This document shows positions 37,972-44,316 of a stretch of DNA of 44,316 bases, one piece after another. How positions within the stretch are numbered: position 1 is the first letter of the stretch; the number at the start of each line of letters is the position of its first letter. Both the position numbers and the translations under genes were made by a program. The stretch spans positions 1-44,316 of IMG/VR virus record IMGVR_UViG_3300027908_000011, one strand, 5' to 3'. The DNA is from a virus. The notes beneath the pieces are model-generated. The model was not told the origin of the DNA. It made no database searches and saw only the letters and a list, made by a program, of their open reading frames with translations.

Positions 37972-38361
37972 TCACATGGGACGCGGTGCTGGCTGCCCCT
38001 GCATCGAGTTCAGCAGCCACTGCTCCTCCTCCTCCTCGATGCGCTTCTTGCGCTCGGCGTGCTTGATCAGTTCCTTCGCCCAGGCGTCGTCGCCGGACTT
38101 GGTGATCAGCTTGACGATCTTCAGTGCGAGCGAGCGCTGGCCCTGATCGAAGTCGCTGAGCTGGGCGTCCTGATGGATGCCGCCCCAGCTGATGATCGTC
38201 ATCAGCAGTGCTGATCCCGCTTCGGTGGCGAGCGTGGCGGACACCCATTCGGTCAGTCGCTGATCGCTGAGGTCGGCGACGCGCGCGGCGAGCGTTCCGC
38301 TGCGCGGGCCAGGGATCTGCGCGCCAGGCGGCAGGAACGGATTGGGCGGGAGTTCGGGCAT
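37972..38361 (-). CDS. hypothetical protein, 129 aa
   Basis: ORF-track entry with protein-like sequence. Confidence 0.5.
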   Translation of the reverse strand: MPELPPNPFLPPGAQIPGPRSGTLAARVADLSDQRLTEWVSATLATEAGSALLMTIISWGGIHQDAQLSDFDQGQRSLALKIVKLITKSGDDAWAKELIKHAERKKRIEEEEEQWLLNSMQGQPAPRPM

Positions 38362-38363
38362 GG

Positions 38364-38768
38364 TCAGATCCTCCCGACTTGTTCAGCGCGCAGGCGATCG
38401 GCTTCCTTGAGCTTCCCGGCCTCGAAGCACTGCGCGCGCATGGCGAAGGCTTCGACGGGATCGCCGGCGCCAGGCAGCTCGTAGACGAACTGATGCGGCA
38501 CCTGCTGGGGATCCAGGCATGCACCGGCGCGCGACTGACAGCGGCGGCAGCGGCCGCACGGCACTTCGCGGCCCATCACGCCCAGCGCGGCATACCACAC
38601 CTTGGCGCCGAGCATCCCGACGAGCTGACCGCCAGCGATGCACGCGGTGCGCTCCAGGATCGGACCGCCGATCGAGCCATGGATGATGCGTTCATAGAAC
38701 GCTGATTCCACCGATGAATCAGGCTGGTTTGTCGGCTTCGTGGGCTGCGCTGCGGGTGCGTCGGACAT
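38364..38768 (-). CDS. hypothetical protein, 134 aa, with a CxxCxxC cluster
   Basis: Contains CGRCRRCQSRAGAC. Confidence 0.5.
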   Translation of the reverse strand: MSDAPAAQPTKPTNQPDSSVESAFYERIIHGSIGGPILERTACIAGGQLVGMLGAKVWYAALGVMGREVPCGRCRRCQSRAGACLDPQQVPHQFVYELPGAGDPVEAFAMRAQCFEAGKLKEADRLRAEQVGRI

Positions 38769-38919
38769 GGGTCGGCTCCATCAGGTCCAGGATCTGGTCA
38801 GCATACGCTGACGCCGCTGTGAACATGTCGCATCGATGGGCGATGTCCAGTCGTTTCCGCAGACGGTCAATCAGGACCGCGCGTTCGTCGAGCGAGGGGA
38901 AGCACTGTGCCGGTTCCAC
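38719..38919 (-). CDS. possible small ORF, 66 aa (GTG start)
   Basis: It fills the 157-nt gap after the portal gene and overlaps the next ORF by 50 nt. Confidence 0.3.
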   Translation of the reverse strand: MEPAQCFPSLDERAVLIDRLRKRLDIAHRCDMFTAASAYADQILDLMEPTHVRRTRSAAHEADKPA

Positions 38920-38925
38920 TGGAAC

Positions 38926-40701
38926 CTACTGTCCGCCGGCGAGCTGCGGCGCGACCTTCTCCAGCAGGTTCGTGCCGCCCGAGGTCGGCGTCTGCGCCGC
39001 GGTCTGTGCGGCCTGCGCGAGCTTCTGGGCGTTGTCGGCCACCTCAGCCTGCTGCTGCTGCTGAGCGCGCGCCTGTCGAACCTGGCTGACCTGGGCCTTG
39101 GTGCGCATCATAGCGTTGGGCACGTTCGCCAGGCGGCCGACGATGCGGATGGTCTCGTCGACATCGATGTTGTCCATCGTGCCCTGCGCCAGCGCGGCCT
39201 CGCTGCCGGCGATCTGTAGCACGGTCTGGATGTTGTTGATGCCCACCATCTCGGCGGCGCTGCCCAGGATGCTCTTGAAGGTCGGGCGGAAGCCGTAGAG
39301 CATGCCGCCGTACTGATCCTGGAGCGCTTTGGGCATCGGCGGGATGCGACCTGGAATGCGGCTGATGATGCGGAAGATGCGCATCACAGCGGGCGCCAGC
39401 GACTCGTTGATGTTGCGCTCGACGACCGGGCCGAGCACTTGCAGCTTCTCCTGCATCTTGGCCCGGATCTCCTCGGCGGTGATCTCGCGGCGGTCGCTCT
39501 CCATGAAGGTCTGGAAGACGTTCACGAACAGCAGGTCTTTGATGCGCGCCTCGATGCGCTCGATCATCTTGATGCCGGCGTCGACCTTGAAATCGATCTG
39601 GTACGCCGGCGCGAACACGCCCTTGGTGTCGCGCGCGTCGACGAAGCTGATCTCGCCCGGCAGCGTGGTCAGTCGGCGCGGGTCGAGCACTGACGACGCC
39701 AGCATCGGCGGATTCAGCTCTTTCTCGGCGGCTTGCGCCAGGCGCTCCTCCCAGCACTGGAGCGACATGTTCGAGCCCAGGCAGTCCATCGCCGGCGATT
39801 CGCCATAGATGTTCTCGCCAATGACGTCCCAGCGGCCGACGATGATCGGCGACTCCATGAACTGACCGATGTGCAGCAGGCCGACCTTGGCGTTGTAGTC
39901 GCCGATCTCGTACCACAGCGACAGCCATTCCTTGGTCGGTTCGCCGGTGTTCGACTGATCGAAGTAGTTCCCGCGGCAGATCACATGGCAGACCGGGACG
40001 TAGGTTTCCTGCACGCCGCCTGACGTCGACTCCTTGTAGTTCTTGACCGCCGGGCTGACGGTGTCAGGGCCGAACTTCTCCATGAGCTCGCGTGCGGTCA
40101 TCGACATCTCGCGGATGATCAGATCGACGCGATCGACTGAATCGACGGCGAGCGTGTAGCTCATGTTCGGGAAGCTCTTGCAGACGATGTCAGTCTGCGC
40201 GTCCTGCTCGATCGAGAAGGCGTCAGTACCGTACAGTGCCTTGGCCTTGTAGTGCTTCAGCAGCGTGTCGTAGAAGTTCGACTTCAGCATCGTCTTGCGG
40301 ATCTCGTCGTCGACCCGCTCGAACCACTGGCGCACGTCCGGCTGCATGTCGCACTCGCGGTTCTCGCAGTGCATGCTGAACCAGAACCGCGTCTGATTGG
40401 ACATGCCGGTCAGCATGCCGCTGGCCAGGATGTGTAGGCTGTGGATGCCCACTTCGTTGATGATCTTGAAGTCCTGGCGCCCGCCGTAGTTGACCTGGCT
40501 GGGGTCGATGCGGCCGTCGCGCGGCGCGAAGAATGCGCGGAGCTGGTAATACTGCGAGTCCCAGGTCGCGCGGACGCCCTTCTGCTGGAAGCGCAGGGAT
40601 TCCAGGTAGGCGCGCACTTCCGGGCCGTTCATCAGATCGATGACGGAGCCCTTCTGATTCAGGGCGCGCTTGGGCAGCGGTTTGCTGTTGAGCTGGCGCA
40701 T
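38926..40701 (-). CDS. portal (head-tail connector) protein
   Basis: 591 aa, placed downstream of terL and upstream of scaffold and capsid. Ends in TAG. Confidence 0.8.
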   Translation of the reverse strand: MRQLNSKPLPKRALNQKGSVIDLMNGPEVRAYLESLRFQQKGVRATWDSQYYQLRAFFAPRDGRIDPSQVNYGGRQDFKIINEVGIHSLHILASGMLTGMSNQTRFWFSMHCENRECDMQPDVRQWFERVDDEIRKTMLKSNFYDTLLKHYKAKALYGTDAFSIEQDAQTDIVCKSFPNMSYTLAVDSVDRVDLIIREMSMTARELMEKFGPDTVSPAVKNYKESTSGGVQETYVPVCHVICRGNYFDQSNTGEPTKEWLSLWYEIGDYNAKVGLLHIGQFMESPIIVGRWDVIGENIYGESPAMDCLGSNMSLQCWEERLAQAAEKELNPPMLASSVLDPRRLTTLPGEISFVDARDTKGVFAPAYQIDFKVDAGIKMIERIEARIKDLLFVNVFQTFMESDRREITAEEIRAKMQEKLQVLGPVVERNINESLAPAVMRIFRIISRIPGRIPPMPKALQDQYGGMLYGFRPTFKSILGSAAEMVGINNIQTVLQIAGSEAALAQGTMDNIDVDETIRIVGRLANVPNAMMRTKAQVSQVRQARAQQQQQAEVADNAQKLAQAAQTAAQTPTSGGTNLLEKVAPQLAGGQ

Positions 40702-40704
40702 AAA

Positions 40705-40998
40705 TCAGGCGCCCAAAAGTTGCTTGAGTGAGCCCATCGAACTGTCGCCGAATCCCTTGGCCGGATCATTGGTGATCGTGCCGCCGGCGCTCGCCGCCTG
40801 CTGCTCGCCCTGCTGCACCTGGTTCGCGGTGGACTGGCTTTCCGGCAGGTCGATCTTCTGGCTCTCGGCGAGCTGTGCGGCCGCGACCTCGTTGGCGCGA
40901 TTGCCGGCGTCTTCCGCGGCGGCGCGCTGACGGTTCACTGAGTATCCGGTGGCACCGGCACCGATGAGCGCGGCGGCGATGGGGGCGCTGATGGCCAT
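40705..40998 (-). CDS. hypothetical small protein, 97 aa (start moved to MAISAPIAAAL...)
   Basis: GGGGG lies 6 nt upstream of the ATG at 40998. The hydrophobic N-terminus is followed by a Q/A-rich tail. Confidence 0.5.
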   Translation of the reverse strand: MAISAPIAAALIGAGATGYSVNRQRAAAEDAGNRANEVAAAQLAESQKIDLPESQSTANQVQQGEQQAASAGGTITNDPAKGFGDSSMGSLKQLLGA

Positions 40999-41000
40999 GA

Positions 41001-41480
41001 TCAACCCCCGTCCAGGCGCTTCGACCACACCTCATCGACGTGCGCAAGACCGATGCGCCGGTAGAGCGGTCCCAAGTTCAAGTCCGCCTTAGCCTTGCAA
41101 TGATGGTAGACCGCTGTGACGCCGGCGGCCTTCAGCGACTCATGCGCGAATTGCATGAGTCCGATGCCGATCCGTGCGCCGCGTGCATTCTTCTCGACGA
41201 ACAGCACGTCCTCCTGGGCGAACAGGGCTGACTTGTAGTGGAGGCTGCGCGACAGGAAGAACGCCTCGTAGCCGACCAGGACGCCGTCGATGCGCGCGGT
41301 GTAGACGCGCAGGTTCCCATTCTCGGCGATCTTCTGGTACTGCTCCCACCACACGTCGAGCGGGAAGTCGTAGTGCGCCACCTCGGCGTAGTGCGCCTGC
41401 AACAGCGGCATCAGCTCGGCGATCAGCGCCGGACTGATGCGATCCGCCATGAAGGCGACCGTGGTGCCCTGCGCCAGCAT
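41001..41480 (-). CDS. GNAT-family N-acetyltransferase
   Basis: The acetyl-CoA loop is KNARGARIGIGLMQFAHESLKAAG (R/Q-x-x-G-x-G/A type). Length is 159 aa. Confidence 0.65.
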   Translation of the reverse strand: MLAQGTTVAFMADRISPALIAELMPLLQAHYAEVAHYDFPLDVWWEQYQKIAENGNLRVYTARIDGVLVGYEAFFLSRSLHYKSALFAQEDVLFVEKNARGARIGIGLMQFAHESLKAAGVTAVYHHCKAKADLNLGPLYRRIGLAHVDEVWSKRLDGG

Positions 41481-41484
41481 CGCG

Positions 41485-41892
41485 TCAGATCCCGTACGTG
41501 CCGATGGTGCCGTAGGACAGGAGGGTCGTCGCGGTGCCGTTGGTGAAGGCGCTACAGTTCACCCGGATGCCATGCACGTTGGCCTTGGTCTTCCAGAGGA
41601 AGCCGTGGTGCTTGTTGTAGGGGGCCGAGGCCGGGATGGTCAGGCTGTAGGTGAAGATCGTCACCCACGAGCCCGATCCCCACGCCTGTTCCTGGAACTG
41701 CACAGTGGCCGATCCGCCGCTGGCGGTGTCGTACAGGCGCGTGCGCACCTTGAGGTACCACGGGAAGTGGTCCTGGTTGGGGTGCGCCACGTTGCCGCCG
41801 TAGCGGCGACCGAGCGCGAAGAAGAAGGCGTTCCCGGCGCCAGTGGCGGTGGTCTCGCCCTGGAACTCGAAGTCGACTGGGGTTTGCGGCAT
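41485..41892 (-). CDS. hypothetical beta-rich protein, 135 aa
   Basis: ORF-track entry. Confidence 0.5.
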   Translation of the reverse strand: MPQTPVDFEFQGETTATGAGNAFFFALGRRYGGNVAHPNQDHFPWYLKVRTRLYDTASGGSATVQFQEQAWGSGSWVTIFTYSLTIPASAPYNKHHGFLWKTKANVHGIRVNCSAFTNGTATTLLSYGTIGTYGI

Positions 41893-41964
41893 CGCTGCGT
41901 CTCCCTGGTTGGCGAGAGCCTAGCGAGGAGATCCATGCACGCAAGGCATGGATGGGAAGTCGAT

Positions 41965-42147
41965 CTATTCGCTCAGTGACGATGCTATGGTCGCCGCCTG
42001 GTAGATCAGCGATGTGTCGCATGTCGGCATGGGAGGCGACGGCGCACTCGGCGGTATCAGTGGTGCCGGTGCGGCATCAGACGGCCACTGCGGCGGCCCG
42101 TCGGTCTTGATCCAGTTCTCCAGATCGTAGATGTCGGCGTTGCTCAT
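41965..42147 (-). CDS. hypothetical Pro-rich protein, 60 aa
   Basis: The ATG overlaps the terL stop (ATGA). Confidence 0.4.
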   Translation of the reverse strand: MSNADIYDLENWIKTDGPPQWPSDAAPAPLIPPSAPSPPMPTCDTSLIYQAATIASSLSE

Positions 42148-43496
42148 CGGCGCAATCCATGCTGTGGGGTGGTGTTGATCGGGCGCACGCGCGCCAGGGG
42201 GTCGAAGCGCTGCGGCGGATACGCAAGGTCATCGAGCTGGCGCGACAGTCCTTCGGGGCGGACTTCGGCGGCGAAGGTGCAGGCGAGGGCGTCGCCGAAG
42301 TCCGGGGACGCCAGGCCGCGGGACTTCATGTCGTCCTTCGACTCCAGCACGATCTGACCCTTGTTGTTGTGCTCATAGGTCGGCGCGGTCAGATCGTCGA
42401 TCAGTCGACTGACGCGCGGGAGCTGCAGGTTGGACTTGATGGCCTGGGCCATCAGATACCACATTTCAGCGCGCTTGTTCAGGTACTGTGCCACGTCATT
42501 GGCCTGTCCGCCGAACTGCACTTCGATGACGCGGTGGCCGAGCTGCTTCAGCCGATCGATCACGCCGGCGCCGTAGCCGCCAGTGCCGTCGACCAGCACG
42601 GCGTCCGGCGACCATTCGTTGATGTGGCGGGCGACGCGGTCAGCGACGGTCATAGCGTTGGGGATCTGCATCTCCTCGAACTGCCACACCATCAGTCCTT
42701 GGCGGCGGACGATGACTGACGAGTCGTCGCCCTGGCGCGCGACGTCGACGCCCAGCACTTTCGCGGCGTGCTCGAAGTCGCCGCGCTGGTACGAGCGTTT
42801 CATCGCGGCTTCGACTTCGGACAGCGACAGCAGGATGTCGCCGGCGGCGGCGTCGAAGTCGCACAGGAACTCTCTACGAAACTTCTCGGGCGGCGTGTCA
42901 CGCAGCAGCGCGGCGACTTCGGAGTCCGGCAGCGCCTTGGTCTCGTAGATGGTGAAGCGGTGGCGCGCCCAGTCCTGCTTGGACTCGGAGCCGAACCACA
43001 GGCGCGAGAGCCAGTTCGTGCCCTTCGGCGTGCCCAGGAACAGCGCCCAGCCCTGGTGATCAGCGAGCTGCGGACGCAGGATCGAGTCCCAGACGTCTTC
43101 GCTGATCTGTCCGACCTCGTCCAGGACAGCGCCGTCGATGTAGCCGCCGCGCAGACTGTCGGGCTCCTGGGCACCGTAGAGCTTCACTTCAGCGCCGTTG
43201 GGCAGCGTGATCGACAGATCGGACTCGCTGATCTTGGTGCCCGGGATCAGTCCGGCGTAGTGCTTCAGGTAGTGCCAGGCGTTGCGGCGCGACTGCTTCA
43301 GCTCGTTGCTGATGAACATGTAGCGCGCGCTGCGCACCTTCGCGTTGAGAGCGCGGTGGATCAGCGCGATGATCGCCAGCAGCGTCTTGCCGGACCGGCG
43401 GTGGCAGACCAGCACGACCCAGCGGTGCGTCTGCATCGACTTCCACACTGGAAGCTGCCAGGCACGCGGGACGAAGCCGAGGTCGATGTTGGGCAC
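42144..43496 (-). CDS. terL: terminase large subunit
   Basis: Walker A is VLVCHRRSGKT and Walker B is GAVLDEVG. The nuclease half is C-terminal. Length is 450 aa. Confidence 0.9.
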   Translation of the reverse strand: MPNIDLGFVPRAWQLPVWKSMQTHRWVVLVCHRRSGKTLLAIIALIHRALNAKVRSARYMFISNELKQSRRNAWHYLKHYAGLIPGTKISESDLSITLPNGAEVKLYGAQEPDSLRGGYIDGAVLDEVGQISEDVWDSILRPQLADHQGWALFLGTPKGTNWLSRLWFGSESKQDWARHRFTIYETKALPDSEVAALLRDTPPEKFRREFLCDFDAAAGDILLSLSEVEAAMKRSYQRGDFEHAAKVLGVDVARQGDDSSVIVRRQGLMVWQFEEMQIPNAMTVADRVARHINEWSPDAVLVDGTGGYGAGVIDRLKQLGHRVIEVQFGGQANDVAQYLNKRAEMWYLMAQAIKSNLQLPRVSRLIDDLTAPTYEHNNKGQIVLESKDDMKSRGLASPDFGDALACTFAAEVRPEGLSRQLDDLAYPPQRFDPLARVRPINTTPQHGLRR

Positions 43497-43497
43497 G

Positions 43498-43899
43498 TCA
43501 GACCTTGTGCGTGCCTTCGACGCCGCGGGCCATGCGCTCTTTGGTGCGCGACTGGAGCGCGAGCTGCGCCACGCCGAGCGAGCTCAGGGCGGTGGCGTTG
43601 TAGTCGTTCGCGTACGGTCCGGCCTGGAACGCCATCAGTCGGTCCATCAGTATGGCGATCAGAGCTTCGTGCGTGATCCCGTTGACGCCGTTGCCATCGG
43701 CATTGATTGGGCCGTTCTGGAACATCAGGCGGCACAGGACGCGCGGCTGACCGGGGTGGCCGTCGCGCAGCGGATCGTCCACGTCGTCGAGCGAGATGGT
43801 GTATTCGTGGTTGGCGCCGCCCGGGCCAGGTTCGTCGTGGACGGTGATCTTCAGCCGGTCGTTCGCGGGATTGACTACGTGGGAAGTGATGGTGCGCAT
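43498..43899 (-). CDS. conserved phage hypothetical protein, 133 aa
   Basis: GGANHEYTI ... NGITHEALIAILMDRLMAFQAGPYAN...ALSSL..A...LQSRTKERMARGVEGT is a pattern I have seen repeatedly next to phage packaging genes, but I cannot name the family. Confidence 0.6.
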   Translation of the reverse strand: MRTITSHVVNPANDRLKITVHDEPGPGGANHEYTISLDDVDDPLRDGHPGQPRVLCRLMFQNGPINADGNGVNGITHEALIAILMDRLMAFQAGPYANDYNATALSSLGVAQLALQSRTKERMARGVEGTHKV

Positions 43900-44222
43900 G
43901 AGGTCTCCGTGGATGGTTTGCCGTAGTTCATCTCGAACAGCTTCTCAGCCGCCTCGCGGGACATGCCGTGCCGGACGTTCATGTCGATGATATATTCACG
44001 GGCCTCGGGCGACATCGTCGCGGGATCCGGCGTGGTCGGCGTCAACTCGCCGCGTTGCGGGCGCGCGTGCAGCCACTTGTCGACGGTGACCGTCTTGAAC
44101 GCCTCAAGCTTGTCGAGGCGCTTGCGTATGGCGTCGAACGCGCGGCCGCCCATCCACGCGATCAGCAGGTTGTTGATGGTCACGATGACGAGCGTGGTGG
44201 CGATCACGTCCGGCAGATTCAT
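43875..44222 (-). CDS. hypothetical protein with an N-terminal TM segment, 115 aa
   Basis: ORF-track entry. Its 3' end overlaps the next ORF by 25 nt. Confidence 0.45.
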   Translation of the reverse strand: MNLPDVIATTLVIVTINNLLIAWMGGRAFDAIRKRLDKLEAFKTVTVDKWLHARPQRGELTPTTPDPATMSPEAREYIIDMNVRHGMSREAAEKLFEMNYGKPSTETSCAPSLPT

Positions 44223-44316
44223 GGCTTGCCTTCCTTCTTCTTCGCGGCCTTGCGGACGCGGCGGCGGTATTCGCGCCAGTACTTGGCACGCGGGTGGGTG
44301 CTGCTCAGTTGGTTGC
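44219..44316 (-). CDS. C-terminal part of the junction-spanning 35-aa basic ORF (duplicate view of feature 1..96)
   Basis: Same sequence as nt 1-86, plus GGC AAG CCA TGA. Confidence 0.35.
   Translation of the reverse strand, partial: NQLSSTHPRAKYWREYRRRVRKAAKKKEGKP
44231..44316. repeat. Right copy of the 86-bp terminal direct repeat
   Basis: Identical to nt 1-86. Confidence 0.85.

Noticed and set aside
38919-38926. Read-through extension of the portal protein into the in-frame 66-aa ORF.
   Set aside because: There is no read-through context or suppressor tRNA. A same-frame neighbour is expected by chance one time in three.
1-44316. Temperate lifestyle or a prophage embedded in host DNA.
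   Set aside because: I could recognise no integrase, excisionase, CI-type repressor, att-like flank or host gene. The window closes on itself, so it is a free phage genome. The operator-like palindromes alone do not prove lysogeny.

Overview
This GC-rich 44.3-kb window reads as one complete tailed-phage genome. Nt 1-86 recur exactly at 44231-44316, so the unique unit is about 44,230 bp, either circularly closed by the assembler or terminally redundant.

Layout: almost everything is on the minus strand. In transcription order it runs: small terminase, a six-tRNA array, small ORFs that wrap the window junction, large terminase, an accessory island with a GNAT acetyltransferase, and portal. Next come scaffold, an HK97-type major capsid and a decoration-like protein, then gp11/gp12-like tail tubular proteins and three internal/ejected proteins. 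One of those is a 2276-aa giant carrying an HExxH motif. The arm continues with a beta-helix tailspike, envelope and lysis-like small genes, a second fibre, a class-3 lipase and an SLT-type muralytic enzyme. It ends with a RecT plus DUF2800/Cas4-like nuclease module and about 12 small early-type ORFs.

The plus strand carries only four things:
- a three-gene cassette at 3027-6197 (AAA_5/MoxR-CobS-like ATPase, a vWA-like partner, and an unknown protein);
- a TAG-interrupted small ORF just upstream of it;
- an endonuclease-VII/HNH gene inserted head-on against the capsid gene;
- possibly one small gene at 14134.

The two arms diverge from a lower-GC control region (2231-3026) rich in palindromes and tandem repeats, and they converge at about 6200-6450. 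By eye I found no integrase, repressor, RNA polymerase, DNA polymerase or primase/helicase.

Most unusual observations:
1. 240 bp of 40 perfect GCTCCN hexamers at 11579-11818, whose only variable base is synonymous in a Gly-Ala reading.
2. The opposite-strand AAA_5 cassette.
3. Structurally aberrant tRNAs: a Thr-like gene with a 4-nt duplication in the anticodon arm, a short-variable-arm tRNA with a CAG anticodon, and an initiator-like Met.
4. A free-standing class-3 lipase.
5. A stripped-down C5-methyltransferase-like ORF.
6. Sec-signal-like N-termini on a fibre-like protein and on its small neighbour.

All family assignments come from motif recognition by eye, with no searches run. Coordinates of non-ORF features were hand-derived and could be off by a base or two.
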